From positions 7,752,001 to 7,816,000 of the forward strand of contig NC_045698.1 of assembly GCF_009834535.1 (NCBI RefSeq): a stretch of 64,000 nt of DNA, given 5' to 3'. A program made the position numbers and the translations under genes. The first letter of the stretch is position 1. Every line of letters starts with the position of its first letter. Source of the stretch: Camelus ferus (taxonomy: Eukaryota). Shown piece after piece: positions 38,126 through 52,800 of this stretch. The notes beneath the pieces were generated by a model. That model was not told where the DNA came from, made no database searches, and saw nothing but the letters and a program-made list of their open reading frames with translations.

Positions 38126-41100
38126 AGTTTTCTTAGTTTCTGATTCAATCCTTTTTCCCTGCCGTTTGTCTCTGGGGTATTTTTGGAGGTTTTGATTTAA
38201 AATGCTATGGGTGAAGCCTCGTGGGAGAGTAACGCTTCAGCTGCATGCTGCTCAGCAGGATTTTCCCCCAACTTGGAGATCCAGCTCAACAACAGCTATA
38301 ACTTAGTCACTTCTTGTTTAGCAACTGCCATGTGCATCGATTTCCACTTTTGTACAATTGATTTTTGCTTCTGTTCTCATTTGTGCCTTTGTTTTTGGAC
38401 AGATATCACATGATGAGTGCCTGAGAGTCGTCTTGGAGAGGTCGAGACCTCATAAAGGAAGAGCTGATTTGTCGATACTAAAATCAACGTGCAAACACCC
38501 AGATTTATGGAGGAGACAGTATCATAGCTGAGTTTAACCTCAGCCTTTTTGTTTCCTACCCCAGCTTGACATCCACTGATTTAGAAAAGAAAGAACTCAA
38601 GTTGCTACAATTCTAAGTCTCGAGGGCACTGGACTTGGGTTTTTTAAGAGTTTGGCCCAAAGTCTGCACATCCTTCCAGTCATCTCTTGGCGAAGAATTT
38701 TCTGGCACAGCAGAACAATGAATTCATTCCTGGTAAGCAATCTCCTTGATAAAACGACAGCTCTCCATTCAGTCACTTAATTTATTTCTATAGAGGATTT
38801 ACTGCTTTTCCATCACCCTCTTAGATACTTGCCAAGTAAAGTAATCTATTAATTCTCAAAATGGCAACATGCTAAAGCAAGTATTAAAATACTTCTTGCC
38901 CTTCTTGCTGCAAAGCTTAAAGATCAAGATTTTGAACTTTGACCCTGTTATATGTTTGTTTCCTCAACAATATTTCAGAATACCGTTCTAGTTCTCACTG
39001 TGGTCCAGTGTTGATTTTTCAAGTGTCCAGCAGGTGAGTGAGCAGGACTTCAGGTCAAGGGGTCAGGACTACTGGCTCCTCTCCTCCAGGACAGAGCCAG
39101 TCTCCCGGACACAGTAAAAGACAGCACGAGGGCTGTGTCCATCCTCTTACCCACTGTGGATTGGACATTTGAGGAAATCTGCAGGCATCTCTTACCTATC
39201 CATAATTACTTATTGATTTCTTGTTTCGTGAGTGTGATGCTGGCCAGAGACGATGCAATGACTACAATGGCCATCAGAGAAGAGAGTCCTGCGGGATTCA
39301 GGCCATGAAGGGCAGGGCTCCGCCCCCAGCAACGCTCATTACTCACTGGCTGAATGGTCCCGCAGCCTGAGAGTCTGTCTTCCCGACAGTAAAAGGAAGG
39401 ACGTTTAAAGATTAGTTTTATGTTTTGCTTCTCGAATCCACATGGCAATAGTGAATACAACAGCTCTATCCAGAGAAACATGACCTTCCCCAGGTTCAAG
39501 CCCACGGGCTTTGACATTCTTTGAGGCACAAGCTCACTGTGGCAGATCTGGGTGTTTCACGCAGGGGGTGGCACTGCGGGAGCACAACTGCAGACACGGG
39601 GCCATGAACGTTAGTCGGGGAGAATGAGTCCAGTTTCTAACCCTGGTGATTGTCAACGGCTTGATTCTGACATTTGATGTGTCTTTGGTTTAATCGCTGC
39701 ATTTATGAACGGAGGCTTTTCATTCACACACACAGTGGCTGAGTAGATGTGTTGTCTCTGAAGCCCTTTGAAATACTTAAAGCAAAGCGAGGCGCCTCAG
39801 TTTTATAAGCTAAACACTGGAAACATTGTCTCCTCCTGAAACAATGTCGGAACTGCCTGTCCCTTTCCAGGGTAACCTGACAGGGGTCTCTTCTCCAGCC
39901 CGTGGAGAAGCCAAGGAGCAGAAGGACGGAGGTGGCGTCCCCTCAGTTACCATCACCTTCTCCCAGTACCCAGTGCTCAGAGGCACCCACTGTGACACCC
40001 TGAGGCTTTCTGCTACTTCTCCCACTCCATCTCAGGATGTGTCTGTGCCTCGGAGGACGGAGCAGATTCCTTGTGCCTGATGCTCCACCATGTCCTGTAG
40101 AGCCATCACCCTGAGAAGGGTTTCCTCAGTGTCACACAGGATGGCCTGGGATGACTCCAGGTTGCTTTTGTGGCTTTTCTCAGAACCTTCAAGAGTGGCC
40201 TGGAGTTCCTAAGGGCCAGGGCAGAGGGGCCTCACCTGCTAAGCCATTGAGACCCAGAGACTAGCACTTGTCCAAAGGTGTAGGTGGGAGCTGGGGAAGG
40301 ACCAAAAGCTGCTGTCCTGAGCTGGCATGTTCCCTGGGAGCCTTGGAATGTGTCCTATGTAAGGCAGATGTCATGGGAGTTGGCAGGGGACCTCCCAGCT
40401 GGCACCTTGATCGAGGGGCCAACCATGGCCATGTAGGAATTAATCACCAGCCAGAGCAACGTTCAGACACACTGGTTGTCATTCTTTAGTAAGAAGTTAT
40501 TTTTCCCCAATGTGAGAGCAAACATGAAGATCTTATTTGCGTTTCTAATAATTAAACATTAACGTAGAATTATTTAACTAGAATTGAAGGAAGATTTTGA
40601 TTCAAAGCCTAAGAATCATGTGCTAAATCTTGTTCCAACAAGCCGGAGTGATAAACACGCTCACGCTGTAAGTCACTGCTCTGCAAATAACGTGAAAGCC
40701 AAACAGCCACGCAAATTTTAACACCAAAGCCCGTTACGGAATTTGTGTTTAGGAAGCTCCACTTGAAGTGATCTTGGAACTAAGGTCTCATGAAGACCAG
40801 CAGTGATCTGCGCTGGCTGGGACTGAGATCCACTTCAATTTGCCTTGCCATTAAGCTGCATTGAAAGCCCTCATAGAAACTGGTAGCCACGAGGGGAATT
40901 TAGAAGTTTGCCAAGCAGAGAAATCAAAGGAACTACGAACTGTAATTTTTAAAAATGTTAAACCATCTCCATTATTTTTGCCAGAGATACAGATATGCTT
41001 TATTTAACTGATTTCATTGACTTCATTTCTCTTTCTTGCACGTCATCACCCAGTCTCTTTCGGGGAGCATTTGTTCATTTTGCACAATATACACTTACGG

Positions 41101-41479
41101 TTTCCCCTCACTCAGAATCCTGTTCATTAGAAGTCCTTATTCATTGTGCTAGAGTTGGAGGCAAGTCTCATTGCAATCTCTAGGGAGAAGTGACATGGAA
41201 TGTAAGTCTGTTATACAAATCTTCTCCCAGTTAATATCTGAACCAAAAAAGAAAAAGTTTTCTATATGAGTAAAAATAATCTTATCTAGTTATTAAATAT
41301 TACAGCACCACTATGCTGCAAAAAGTTTAGCTGTTGGTTCAAGCTATTTATGATACTTAAAAGCCATTCTTTGAAAATTCGAATTTGAAATTTTTACTCA
41401 TCTAAACCAAACTGCCCTACAATTATTTCTAATTCATAAGGAATGACCTTGATTCAGACCTGGGAAGGAGGTCAGAAAG

Positions 41480-42415
41480 GAGAATTTCAGGGGAGGTGAT
41501 ATTAATAAAATGTTCAGGGAGGCAGGTGGGTGGAGGGTGGGGTGGTGGTGGAGTACGGATGTGTGGAAAGGCTTCAAGGGGTGGAAGGGAGGGAGGGAGG
41601 GAAGAAAGGCAAGCAGGGAATACAGAAGTTAGGTACAGATGGTGGCTGAGTGCAGGCAGAGACGGATGAAACAGCAAGGCTGAGGCTGCTTCTGAAAGGT
41701 CTCATGGGCTGTGCTAAGACGTTTGGGTTCCTTCTGGAGGGCAACACGAGTCATTGAGAGGTGTAGCTCCAAGGAATCATTTAATCAGATTTGCTTTTTA
41801 GAAAGCTCACCCTGGCTGCCCTTTGGCAAAAGGACAGGAGAGGAGGAAGCCCGCAGGTACAGGGCCCAGTTAGGGTCTGTGGCAAAATCCAGAAGATGGA
41901 GGCAGCTGCTCAAGGCCGTGACCATGGAAAGAAGTGGAGGGAGGCAGGAGTCTGGGGTTTTCTGGTGAGTTGGATGCCGATAATATGAAGGAGAGGAAAG
42001 AGCCAGGGGTGGTCCCTGGGGACTGGCTTGGGTGACAGGCAGAGGGCTGTGCTGGTCACTGATCAGAGAGTGCAGGAGGAGGAGCCAAATCCAGGAAAAG
42101 TGGGCCCACGTGAGGTGCTATGGGCATCTGAGTTGGTTACCTAACTAGTGGCTAGATAATGAAGAGAGGTTGGGGCTAGAGAGAGAGATTCGGGCGACCA
42201 CCACGTGTGGCTGGTAACTGCACCCAGGGAAGAGTTACAGACACCCCGGAAGAGGCGGTGTGTGAGATGAGAAAGATCTGGACACGGGACCTTGTGGGAC
42301 AGCAACATTTAGGGAGCGAACAGGAAGACCAGCCCACAAAGGATAGAGAAGGAGCAACCAGAGACCCTGAGGTGACCCAGGGGATGGTGATGTCATGGGA
42401 ACCAGGAGAAGACTA
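41480..42415 (-). mobile_element. L2 LINE fragment
   Basis: gagtcattgagagg...atcagatttgctttttagaaagctcaccctggctgcc...tggcttgggtgacagg...tggggctagagagagagatt...tggtgatgtcatgggaacc. Confidence 0.7.
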
Positions 42416-43479
42416 ATTTTGTGAGAGATGCTGTCTTACCACAACATTTTCAGATTATAAACATACATGATACACAACAGGCTTCTTATTGGAGGAACAT
42501 GACGTATTTACTAAGCCATAGCCTACATCTTCTTATTCCATCGCTAGACTTCTCCATGATCCTCAACCCAGTGAGCATGTCTTCTGCATCCTCGACCTAT
42601 CACATACACAAATTCTGCACCAAAATGGAATAAAAGCATTCAGACCACTTCTAAAACCATGACGGCTTTCATTGTCACTAACGGCCTTCCTACAAAGCCC
42701 TATGTTCGTAGTTTGGTTTACCCAAAACCTGCCCTGCAAAAGTGTTCTCTCCAGGGCTCTGTACACATTGCTGATGGTGCTGACAGGCACAGATGCTTAG
42801 CAGAAAGACTGGGGGAAGGGGGCACTAGATTAGGTATCAAGCAGCTGGAAGATGACAGGGTGGAGAAACCAAGAAGAAAGGGAACTGTGAAAATGTAGGT
42901 GGAGGTGGACAACGATGATAATGATAACAAAGTGGAAACTTAGGATCCAGATGTCCCGCTGCCTGTGGACAGGGTGGCAAGGAGCACTTGTAGCCAAACA
43001 GCATGAAAACTGCTCTAGAATTAACAGCAGTAACTCCCATTGGTATATGAGTCTCCGGTTGACAAAGCTCTTGGATGACTGATGACCCATTCGAGATCAA
43101 GAGCAACCCAGTGAGGCAGGTGTACGGCGTTGACCTCACTGGTGAGGAAACCAAGGGGTGGGGTGGGACTGATGGAGAGATGCCCGCAGTCTCCATGAGA
43201 AGATGTGGAAGTTCTCTGATGCAAGGGCTGAGGAAAGTTGCAGACTCTGCTACACAGAGCAGAAGGAAGGCATCATGAAGACCCACTGCAGACCACTGAG
43301 GAGGTGACTCGCTTTTCTGGAGACTCTATGTCAGGAACCTGCTCATCTGGTTCAGACATCTGGACACAAAACGACCCCGGCGGATCTCTGAGCTCTGCCT
43401 GTGAGGCCTGGGGAATCAAAGATCTGCCCCTGTCCCTCCAAGGACTGGGCCCCAGGGCTGCCAAAGTCAACTGCTACAC

Positions 43480-43595
43480 CCAGCGGCAGAGAGGCTCAAG
43501 TGACTTGTCCAAGGTCATGCTGCTGGTAAGTGGCAGGGCTGTGCCTTCACCCTCTGGCCGCTTGAGTCTAAGTCAGATGCTCTTTGTGCGTCACC
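43480..43595 (-). mobile_element. MIR fragment
   Basis: cagagaggctcaagtgacttgtccaaggtcatgctgctggtaagtggcagggct. Confidence 0.7.
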
Positions 43596-43864
43596 AAATA
43601 GGATGATGAGCGACGCAGGCACTCATCTGCTCCCATGCTCCATGATTTAAGTTGAGTGCCCAGGCCCAGGGACGTTCAGCCTCACCCTCCTTCTTCTCCT
43701 TCAAATAAACTTGGAAGACTATATTCATTTTGGGGTGCTATATTACTGGAGAGAGGTTGACAAATTTGCACGCATGTGGAAAAATATGACAGCAATGGTG
43801 AAGGTGGTGGAAATGTTAATATTACAACTGAGCTTGAGTTATAATAATAATAAATGTTGCTATG

Positions 43865-44100
43865 CCCACAGCTGAGGAGGGATGACCTTGTGGAGACATA
43901 CTAGCTGACTTCGAAAACAGCAAGGCTGTCACAGAGAAGAGAAATTAGACATCTCAGAATGGGGCTGGAGGGCCGAAGTTGCAGATAAGGAGCTCTTTGT
44001 TTAATGTAAGTAAGAAGGTCTGACAAGTCACAGCCACCCTACAGTGCAATGATGTGCCCCATGAGGGAGTGACTGCAATGACAGTTAAGATATTTGAACC
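43865..44100 (+). mobile_element. L3/CR1 LINE 3' fragment
   Basis: gacatactagctgacttcgaaaac...ggctgtcacagagaagagaaattagac...gaagttgcag...aatgtaagtaagaa...catgagggagtga follows the order of the recalled L3 consensus. Confidence 0.55.
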
Positions 44101-44164
44101 GAAGGAAATGACTACCGGAGCTGGTATCACCTTTCTTCTTTCAGTAAGACAACTTCCTTCCTCT

Positions 44165-44578
44165 TGTCACACGTTTTAGCAGGGATCGTGGCTACCCACT
44201 TTTCCTATCCTCCCTCGCAGCTGGGTAGCTGAGTGTGGCATATGCCTGAGTTCTTGGTCCTGGGAAGGGGAACAGGACTTTGGTAACTTTTGCATCACTC
44301 GCTTCAAAAAACATCCCTTGCCCTCACTTTTCCTCTCTCTCTTCTTCTGGGCTAGTGTGACAGAGGAAGAGCCAGGGAGCTTTGTCCACACAGGCAAGGA
44401 CAACACTGTAGCACAAGGCAGAGCAACAAGACGTGCCCCAGGGTCACCTGCTGACCCTGGACCACAAGCCTAACCAGGTACGGTTCCACGAGGGAAAGAG
44501 ATACTGGTTTAGCTTGAGCCTCCGTAGTTTTGAGTCTCCCTGTTAGAGTGGTTTAGCCGGTGTCCCAACCAAAATAAC
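44165..44578 (+). mobile_element. Old MaLR LTR (MLT1-type)
   Basis: ttttcctatcctccctcgcagctggg...gtggcatatgcctgagttcttggtc...ggaagagccagggagc...ttgagcctccgtagttttgagtctccctgtta. Confidence 0.55.
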
Positions 44579-47500
44579 TCTCTCTTGGAGATGAACGTAT
44601 GACTCAGGTATTATATAAGTGTTTGTGAGCAATGATTTCTGTAATCTTATAATTCTGCATCCCCCCAACAAACTTGTCTCCTGTCTTCCAAAACCAGTTG
44701 TCCCGACAGTCCCTACCATAGTCAAACATCATCACTCCATTGTGTCCGTGACCTCATTTTTATAAAGTACCAAGGTTCAAAAAAGTCAAGAATTGTTGTC
44801 TCCCACTTTCTTTTATCCCTTTATCAAGTTTGTTCCCAAGGCTCATCTTCTTTTCCTTTAAAGAAAACATCCTCTGCAAAAATACAGATGATAAAGAAAC
44901 TTTAAAGTTCTCTTTGTGGTTATTTAAACTTAAAGATTGGTTAAAAAAAAAAGTGATGCATTATTTAGCCTGCGTGTGATAACATTCTTCTGCAATTGTT
45001 TATTTTCCCTTAGGGGAGAAAAATCAGAAGCCAGGCCTTACTGAAGTTGAAGGTTTGGATAACACAAACGTGTTTTGGCTCAAAATGCATCAGGAATCCA
45101 ACATAATTTTGTTATTTGGTCCACACACCCAGCCAGAAGAATATTCTGGTGTATTAAGTGCATCTCTCTCTAAGTATAATAAAGTAGTCGAATTGATGAA
45201 ATGTGATTCTTGCCTCTGCGCTTGGGTCCTAGGAGGAAATAAGCCAGTGACAGATGGACCTCTAATTCTGTCCCATAGATAGAGACGACATTTTTATTTC
45301 AATTTCCATCTCTCTAGCTTTTGTTTTTCCTCTTATTTATAATGCCCTTTCCTCTCACCTCCTAATTCATGCAAACTCTGTAGATTCTTCAAGATTTTGC
45401 TCTATAATTTTCCTTCTCTTAATTTATCCAGTAAATCTGTCGTATTTGACTCTGAACCTCAGGTAGTTGCTAATAACTGGTCCATATTTCATTTTTATCC
45501 ACAGTAGCTGCTCCATGTCTCATGTTTTCTTTGAAACCCTTCTTTTTCTAGATGTTCAATACACAGATTTGAAGCATGGATAATTAAAAGATAGAAATCT
45601 ATTGCCCCACTGATGGGAAGCAATTCATAAGGATGAATGAATTTGGTTTTCCCACCAGAAGACTTTTCAAAAAGAAAGGCTTTTGTGAATTTTGAGCTTT
45701 GCTATTAGCAGCACTTATACTGAGCATAAAGGTCCTCATTTCATTTCATAACTGCATAATTTGGAAATTACTCAGAACAGCTCTTCCTCAATTTTTTAAA
45801 ATCAGGGGTCAACTAAAAACATTGCCCTTAGTTTCTCCAGCCCGTCTTTCTTGAATCTCCTCACATGAAACACATTTTAAATCCTTGTTAGCTCTTGAGT
45901 TTTTAGCTCCGTTAAATTTCTGTCAACACATTCTTTTTTTTTCATGGAAATAGACAATTACACTTTCTGTACACCACTATCAACACAGAAAAAAAAATGA
46001 AGATGGAAAACTACTATTCAACAAATAACTCGTAAAGTCTCTCAAAGCAGTTTCCCTTCAAAGCACAGACGTACGAGAAGGCGTATTTCAGCAAAGGAAT
46101 GCTCCGCGTCCGAGGGAAAGTGGCATTTATTTGAGGCCGTAATATTTCATCGGGCTTCTGGAGCCGCTGATTCAGAACGAACAGCTCCTTTCTAATTTAT
46201 AGCATGTTCGTCATGTCTGGCTGCCTGTTTAGCTGAAGGAGCCCGTCCTGGGAGAGAATTCATTTGGCTCCTGGAGGAGTCCAAGGAGGGACTAAGTAGG
46301 GATGCTGAGATAGGCACTTCAAGCAAAACAGATTGGAATTCAAACCGTCTTAGATCAAGGGCTTATTTTAACCTGCAAGATATACTTAGGAAAGGATCTC
46401 ACCCATCCACAGTACTCCTCTAACCCTTAGTTTTGCAGTTTTTCAGCTTACACATACTTCCCCCTAGGAATAGGAAAATCTCAAAAGGGAAATACGTGGG
46501 CTGAACTTTATAAGCTAAAGTGCAAAGTAATGAATGCTTAAGGGAAACAGGGAGGCTTGGGGAAATTGAGAAACAGACTATAACGTAGTGGAATATTTAC
46601 TGTTTCCCACTGGCTTAGAAAAAGACAATTTTTCCCTCTGGCAAGGTGGATCTCACCCCCTCGGATGTGAGCCTCCTGCTGTGGCCCCACCTCCCCATCC
46701 CAAGACTGGTTGGCTGGAGATGAAGGCGGAATGACTTTAGCTCCCGCTCCTCCGAGCAGGCAGCCAGGGGCTGCAAGGAGGTGCTCTGGGCGGTTGTTGA
46801 TGGAAGCCCTTTCTGAGGGGCCTTCTGAATCCCTACGGAGAGTGGTGCCTAAGCTGTTCTCTCTGCCCACCAGTGATGTTCTCTGCCCCTAGATGTTATC
46901 TTAGATCTCTCCTGGGATCACCCGTTGTGTAAACGACTCACAGTTGCTGATCTGGGAACAACAAAAGGACAACCTCTGAGAGACAATATTAAAGAACTCT
47001 CCCCTCCCATCCAAGAAAGAAAAGTTACACATCCTTTTTAGCAGCATTTAGAAATGAAGTGTAAAATTAAAATTTCTAGATGTGACCTTTTTCTCTTAAG
47101 GTTTTACTTTTAAATCATTTTGGGGATGAAGTCTCCTTTGAAACATATGATGTAAATTCCTCCCTGCCTCGGGAGAGTCTACTGGACCAATGCCTGGCCT
47201 CTTGCTGTGATCCACGGCGTCATTAGGGGCATCGGCCCTTCACCCTGGGCGGTAACTAAGTCAGGGTCTCGGGCTGGGGACACAGGTCAGGCCGTCGGGT
47301 ATCTCCCAGTGCTTCTGGGCTGTAATATCTCTCGACCTCCTGAGCTGCTTTTTATATTTATTTTGCGTCTCATGTCCACAATTACTTCAATTATTTATTG
47401 ACTCTTGTTGATGCTTTTCTCGTGTGTGCAAAATCCCTCTGCTCATTAATTTCCAGTCTGTTATACAACAGAGCTCAGAAGGACAGGCTGATTTTCTGTG

Positions 47501-47635
47501 GGGTGAGACTGTGATTACAGGTCTGTCCAATCTGGAAAGTTCATGGATCTGAGCTTATATACACGGGGTGCTTAGTGACCCTTTTCTTCTGCTTCTTCAT
47601 TTGTTCTTTTATTTCAGTTGGGTTTCAATTACTCA

Positions 47636-48073
<438 letters not shown>

Positions 48074-48988
48074 AAGACAGGACACGCAAGATGGTGAGTG
48101 GGACAGCTGGGCTTCAAATTGACCCTGACTTGTCAGGAAACAGCCAGTATAAAACAAATAAAAGCCTCTTGGCTTTTCTGGCTCTTTTCCTTTGTCCAGC
48201 CTGGACAGAGCAGGGGATGGTTGTAACCAGTCTCCAGCCTCATTCTCACACTCCCCACCCCCAGCCCCACGAGGGTGAGAGACAGGAATGCATTACAATT
48301 TGGCAAAGAATTTTCAAAGTGCAAACCCAAGAGCATGGCACTGAGTCAGAATGCAGATTTAGTGTTTGACTACAAAACAGAACAGAAAGAAGAGAAAAAC
48401 AACCAATGACCAGGAAGGGCCAGATTTGGGGGTTTTGATGGCAGTGTTGTTTATTTAAGCTGTTCACATCCTCAAATGAAGCACGGGAATGTGTGCAGTG
48501 TTGGCTCCAGGGGCCTGAGGCATTGCAGGGAGCTGCTCTCCATGCCCAAGCACAAGAGATGGCGGGGAAGGCTGATGTGCACACACACCGCACACATGCC
48601 TCTCACATTCACACAGAGGAATGCTCATTGACGAGCATCTATAAATAAAACCCTTCAAACAATTAAAGTTCTGTACTCTGGGACATAGTGACAAACTAAA
48701 GAGTCACATAAACCTTTGGACTAGTGTTTATCTTTTTTTTTTTTTTCCTAGGCATGGCTTTGAAATCCCCATGAAACTATAAGTAAGTATCTTTTAGTTG
48801 GTTAGTGCCAAGCTGCATCACAAAACAGACACCAGGTCAATAAATCTGTGCCAGTTTAATTCGATCAAATTTTTGGAAGTCATTTTGACTCGTGGTGAGG
48901 GGAAATATTAACTATCTACAAAGCCTTTGTTTCAATGGGCTGGTTCCAACTGCACAACTCCAGGGCCTGCTGGTGACTTTGGCCTATC

Positions 48989-49207
48989 TCAAGGGCTGGC
49001 ACACTTTTTCTATAAAGGGTCAGATAATAAATACTCTTGGGTTTGTGGGCCATATGGCCTTGGTCACAGCTACTCAACTCTGCCATTGCAGGACTGGAGG
49101 AGTCATAAATAATACATAAATGGATGGGTGGCTGTGTTTTCCATTCCAACGTTATTTCCAAGAATGGGTGGAATCTGGCCTGTGGGTTGCAGTTTGCTGA
49201 CTCCTGG
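48989..49207. mobile_element. MER58A DNA transposon
   Basis: caagggctggcacactttttctataaagggtcagataataaata...cagctactcaactctgccattg...ggcctgtgggttgcagtttgctgactcctg. Confidence 0.85.
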
Positions 49208-49881
49208 TCTATGTGGTGACTCGGGGCAGGACATAACCATTCATGAGGACTCCAATGTGAAGTCCACCTCTGAAACTGACCCACGGTGCAGTGACTCATA
49301 GATTCCTTGAACAAAATATCGGAACTGAGGTCAAAAATGCTTTTGACATAAAATGGTCTTTGAAATGGAAAGTGAGCAGATGGTTAGCTGGGATCAGGCT
49401 GACATTGGATTTGAGATCCAGAGTAAATGGATATGTGAGAACATGAATTTTGTAATGAAATTATGGGATGCTACTACATAGTCAATGAAATGACTGCTAA
49501 TTTCCTGGGTCTTCACATTTGCAATGTAGATCAACTACATTTAAGGTTTCTTCATCCATTTACTTACTGGAAACAGTAACAGTCAGTATTATTATTGCTG
49601 ACTTGGAATTCAATTTGGGCTGTGTTTGAAAACCTGTTAGTTGTATCACATACTTTTACAAGAAAAAAATTAAGCATTCTTGTAAATTTCAAAAACTTTT
49701 TTCTCTGAGAGACAAGCTATATTCAAGTAACATACAAATTCTCTTTTACTAAAATGTCGGTTGCTACATGATTTCACATTTATGCTGGTATCATGGTCGA
49801 AATGTAATATTAAATTCTTTTGACTTAGAGACAGAGAATTTTAGGTCATTTCATGGATACAGATAGAGGCAAACTTTATCC

Positions 49882-52800
49882 TTTTTAAAAATTGAATTAT
49901 AATTGAGCTACAGCACTACGTGAGTTCCTGCTGATCTGATATTTGTATATATTATAACATGATCACAACAATAACTCTAGTTCCGTCTGTCACTATACAA
50001 TTATTACAATATTATTGACTCTATTGCACATGCTGTACATTTCAACCCTATGATTAGTTTATTTTGCAACTGGACTTTTCTATCTCTTAACCTCCCTCAC
50101 CTATTTAGCTCATCCCCACATCCATCTCTCCTCTGGCAACATCCTTTTTGTTCCCTGTATCTATGAGTCTCTTTCTGGTTTTTTATGTTTGTTCTTCTGT
50201 TTTGTTTTTTAGATTCTGCATCTAAGTGAAATCATATGGTATCTGTCTATCTCTGACATTTCACTTAGCATATCTTCTACATCCATCCATACTGTTGCAA
50301 ATGGCAGGGTTTTTTATTATTTTTTATGGGCAAATAATATTCTGTTATATATATATACCACATCCTCATTATCCATTCATCTATTGATGAGAACTTAGGG
50401 TGTTTCCATATATTTCCTACTGTAAATAATGCTGCAATGAACACTGAAGTGCATACATCTTTTCTAATTAGTGTTTTTGCTTTCTTTGAAAAATATCCAG
50501 AACTGGAATTACTGGGTTGTATGGTAGTTCTACTTTTAATTTTTTGAGGAACCTCCATACTGTTTTCCATAGTGACTGCACCAACAGTGCATGAAGGCTC
50601 CTTTTTTCCCCATATCCTTGATGACACTTGTTATTTCTTGTCCTCTTGATAATAGCCATTCTGACAGGTGTGAGGTGATATCTCACTGTGGTTTTGATTT
50701 GCATTTTCCTGATGATTAATGATGTTGAGCATCTTTTCACGTGTCTGTTGGCCATCTGTATGGCTTCTTTGGAAAAATGCCTATTCAGGTCCTATGCCTA
50801 GTTTTTAATTGGGTTGAGTTTTTTTTGGTTTTTTTTTTTGATATTGAGTTGTATGAGCTGTTTATATATTTTGGATATAAATCCCTTATTGGTCATATCA
50901 TTTACAAATATTTTCTTCCATTCAGTAGGTTGCCTTTTCATTTTGTCTGTAGTTTCCTTTGCTGTGTAAAGGCTTTTAGGTTTAATTAGGTCCCATTTGT
51001 TTATTTTTGCTTTAGTTTCCTTTGCTTGAGAAGATACAACCCCTAAATATTGCTACAACTTACAAACAAAGAGTGTTCTGCCTGTGTTTTCTGCTAGTAG
51101 TTTTAGGTTTCTGGTCTTGTATTTAGATCTTTAATGAATTTTGAGCTTAGTTTTGTATATGGCATGAAAAAGTAGTCCATTTTGAGTCTTTAGCACATAG
51201 CTGTCCAGTTAGTTTTCCTAACACCATTTATGGAAGAGGCTGTCTTTCCCCCATTATATATTCTTGCCTCTCTTGTCGTAGATCAATTGCCCATACGTGC
51301 GTGGGTTTATTTTTAGTCTCTCTATTCTGTTCCATTGATCTATGTGTCTTTTTGCGTCAGTACCATACTGTTTTGATTACTGTAACTTTGTAGTATAGCC
51401 TGATGACAGGGTGTGTAATACCTCCAGCTTTGTCCTTTATTCTCAAGATAGCTTGGGCTTTGGGGATCTTTTTGTAGCTCCACATAAATTTAAGTATTAT
51501 TTGTTCTAGTTCTGTTAAAAACATTGTGGGTATTTTCTTAGGGATTGCATTAAATCTGTAGATTGCTTTGTATGAATTCTTCCAATCCATGAACACAAGA
51601 TATCTTTCCATTTCCTTGTATTATCTTCAGTTTCCTCCATCAGTTTTATAAATTTCAGAGCACAGGTCTTTCACCTCCTTGGTTAAGTTTATTCCTAGGT
51701 GTTTTATACGTGTTGATGTGACTTTAAATGGGATTATTTTCTTGATTTCTGATATTTCATTATTAGTGTATAGAAAAGCAGCAGACCTGGTATATTAATC
51801 TTTATTACTTCTAACAGTTTTGGGGTGGGGCTTTTAGGGTTTTCTACATATAGTATTATGTCATCTGCAAGTAGTGACCATTTACATCTTCCCTTCCAAT
51901 CTGAATGCTTTCTATTTCTTTTTCTTGTTGAGTGCTGTGGCTAAGGCTTCCAATACTATGTTGGATAGAAGTGGTAAGAGTGGGCATCTTTGTTTTGTTC
52001 CTGATTTTAGAGGAAAAATTTTCAGCTTTTCACCATTGAGTATCATATTACCTGTGGGTATATACCCACTTTGATGAACGGTTTTATCATAAATGGATGT
52101 TGAATTTTTTTGAATGCTTTTTCTGTGTCTATTGAGGCGATTGTATGCTTTTTATACTTCATTTTGTTAACATGGTGTATCACGTTGATTAATTTGTTGA
52201 ATCGTTCTTGCATTCCTGCGATAAATCCCACCTGACTGTGGTGTATGATTCTTTCTATATATTGTTGAATTTGGTTTGCTTATATTTTGTTGAGGATTTC
52301 TGCATCTAAATTCATTAGATATACTGGCCAGTAATTTTCTTTCTTTCTTTCTCTCTCTCTCTCTCTTTCTTTTTTTTTTTTTTTGGTATCTTTTCTGGTT
52401 TTGGTATCAGGGTAAGAGTAGCTCACAGAATGAATCTGGGAGTGTTCCATCTTTTTCATGTTTTGGAATAATTTGAGAAGGATAAGTATCAGCTCTTCTT
52501 CATATATTTGGTAGAATTCCACTGTGAAACAGTCCTGGACTGTTGTTTGCTGGGAATTTTCTGATTATTGATTCAGTTTCACTACTAGTGATTGGCCTGT
52601 TCAGATGATCTATTTCATACTGATTCAGTTTCAGAAGACTGTATGTTTCCAGGAATTTATGCATTTCATCTAGGTTTTCCAATTTGTTGGCGTATACTGT
52701 TTGTTAGTATTCTCTTATGATTTTCTGTATCCTGATGTCATTGGTGGTACTTTTCCCTCTTTCATTTCTTATTTCATTTATTTGGCCACTTTCTCTTTCT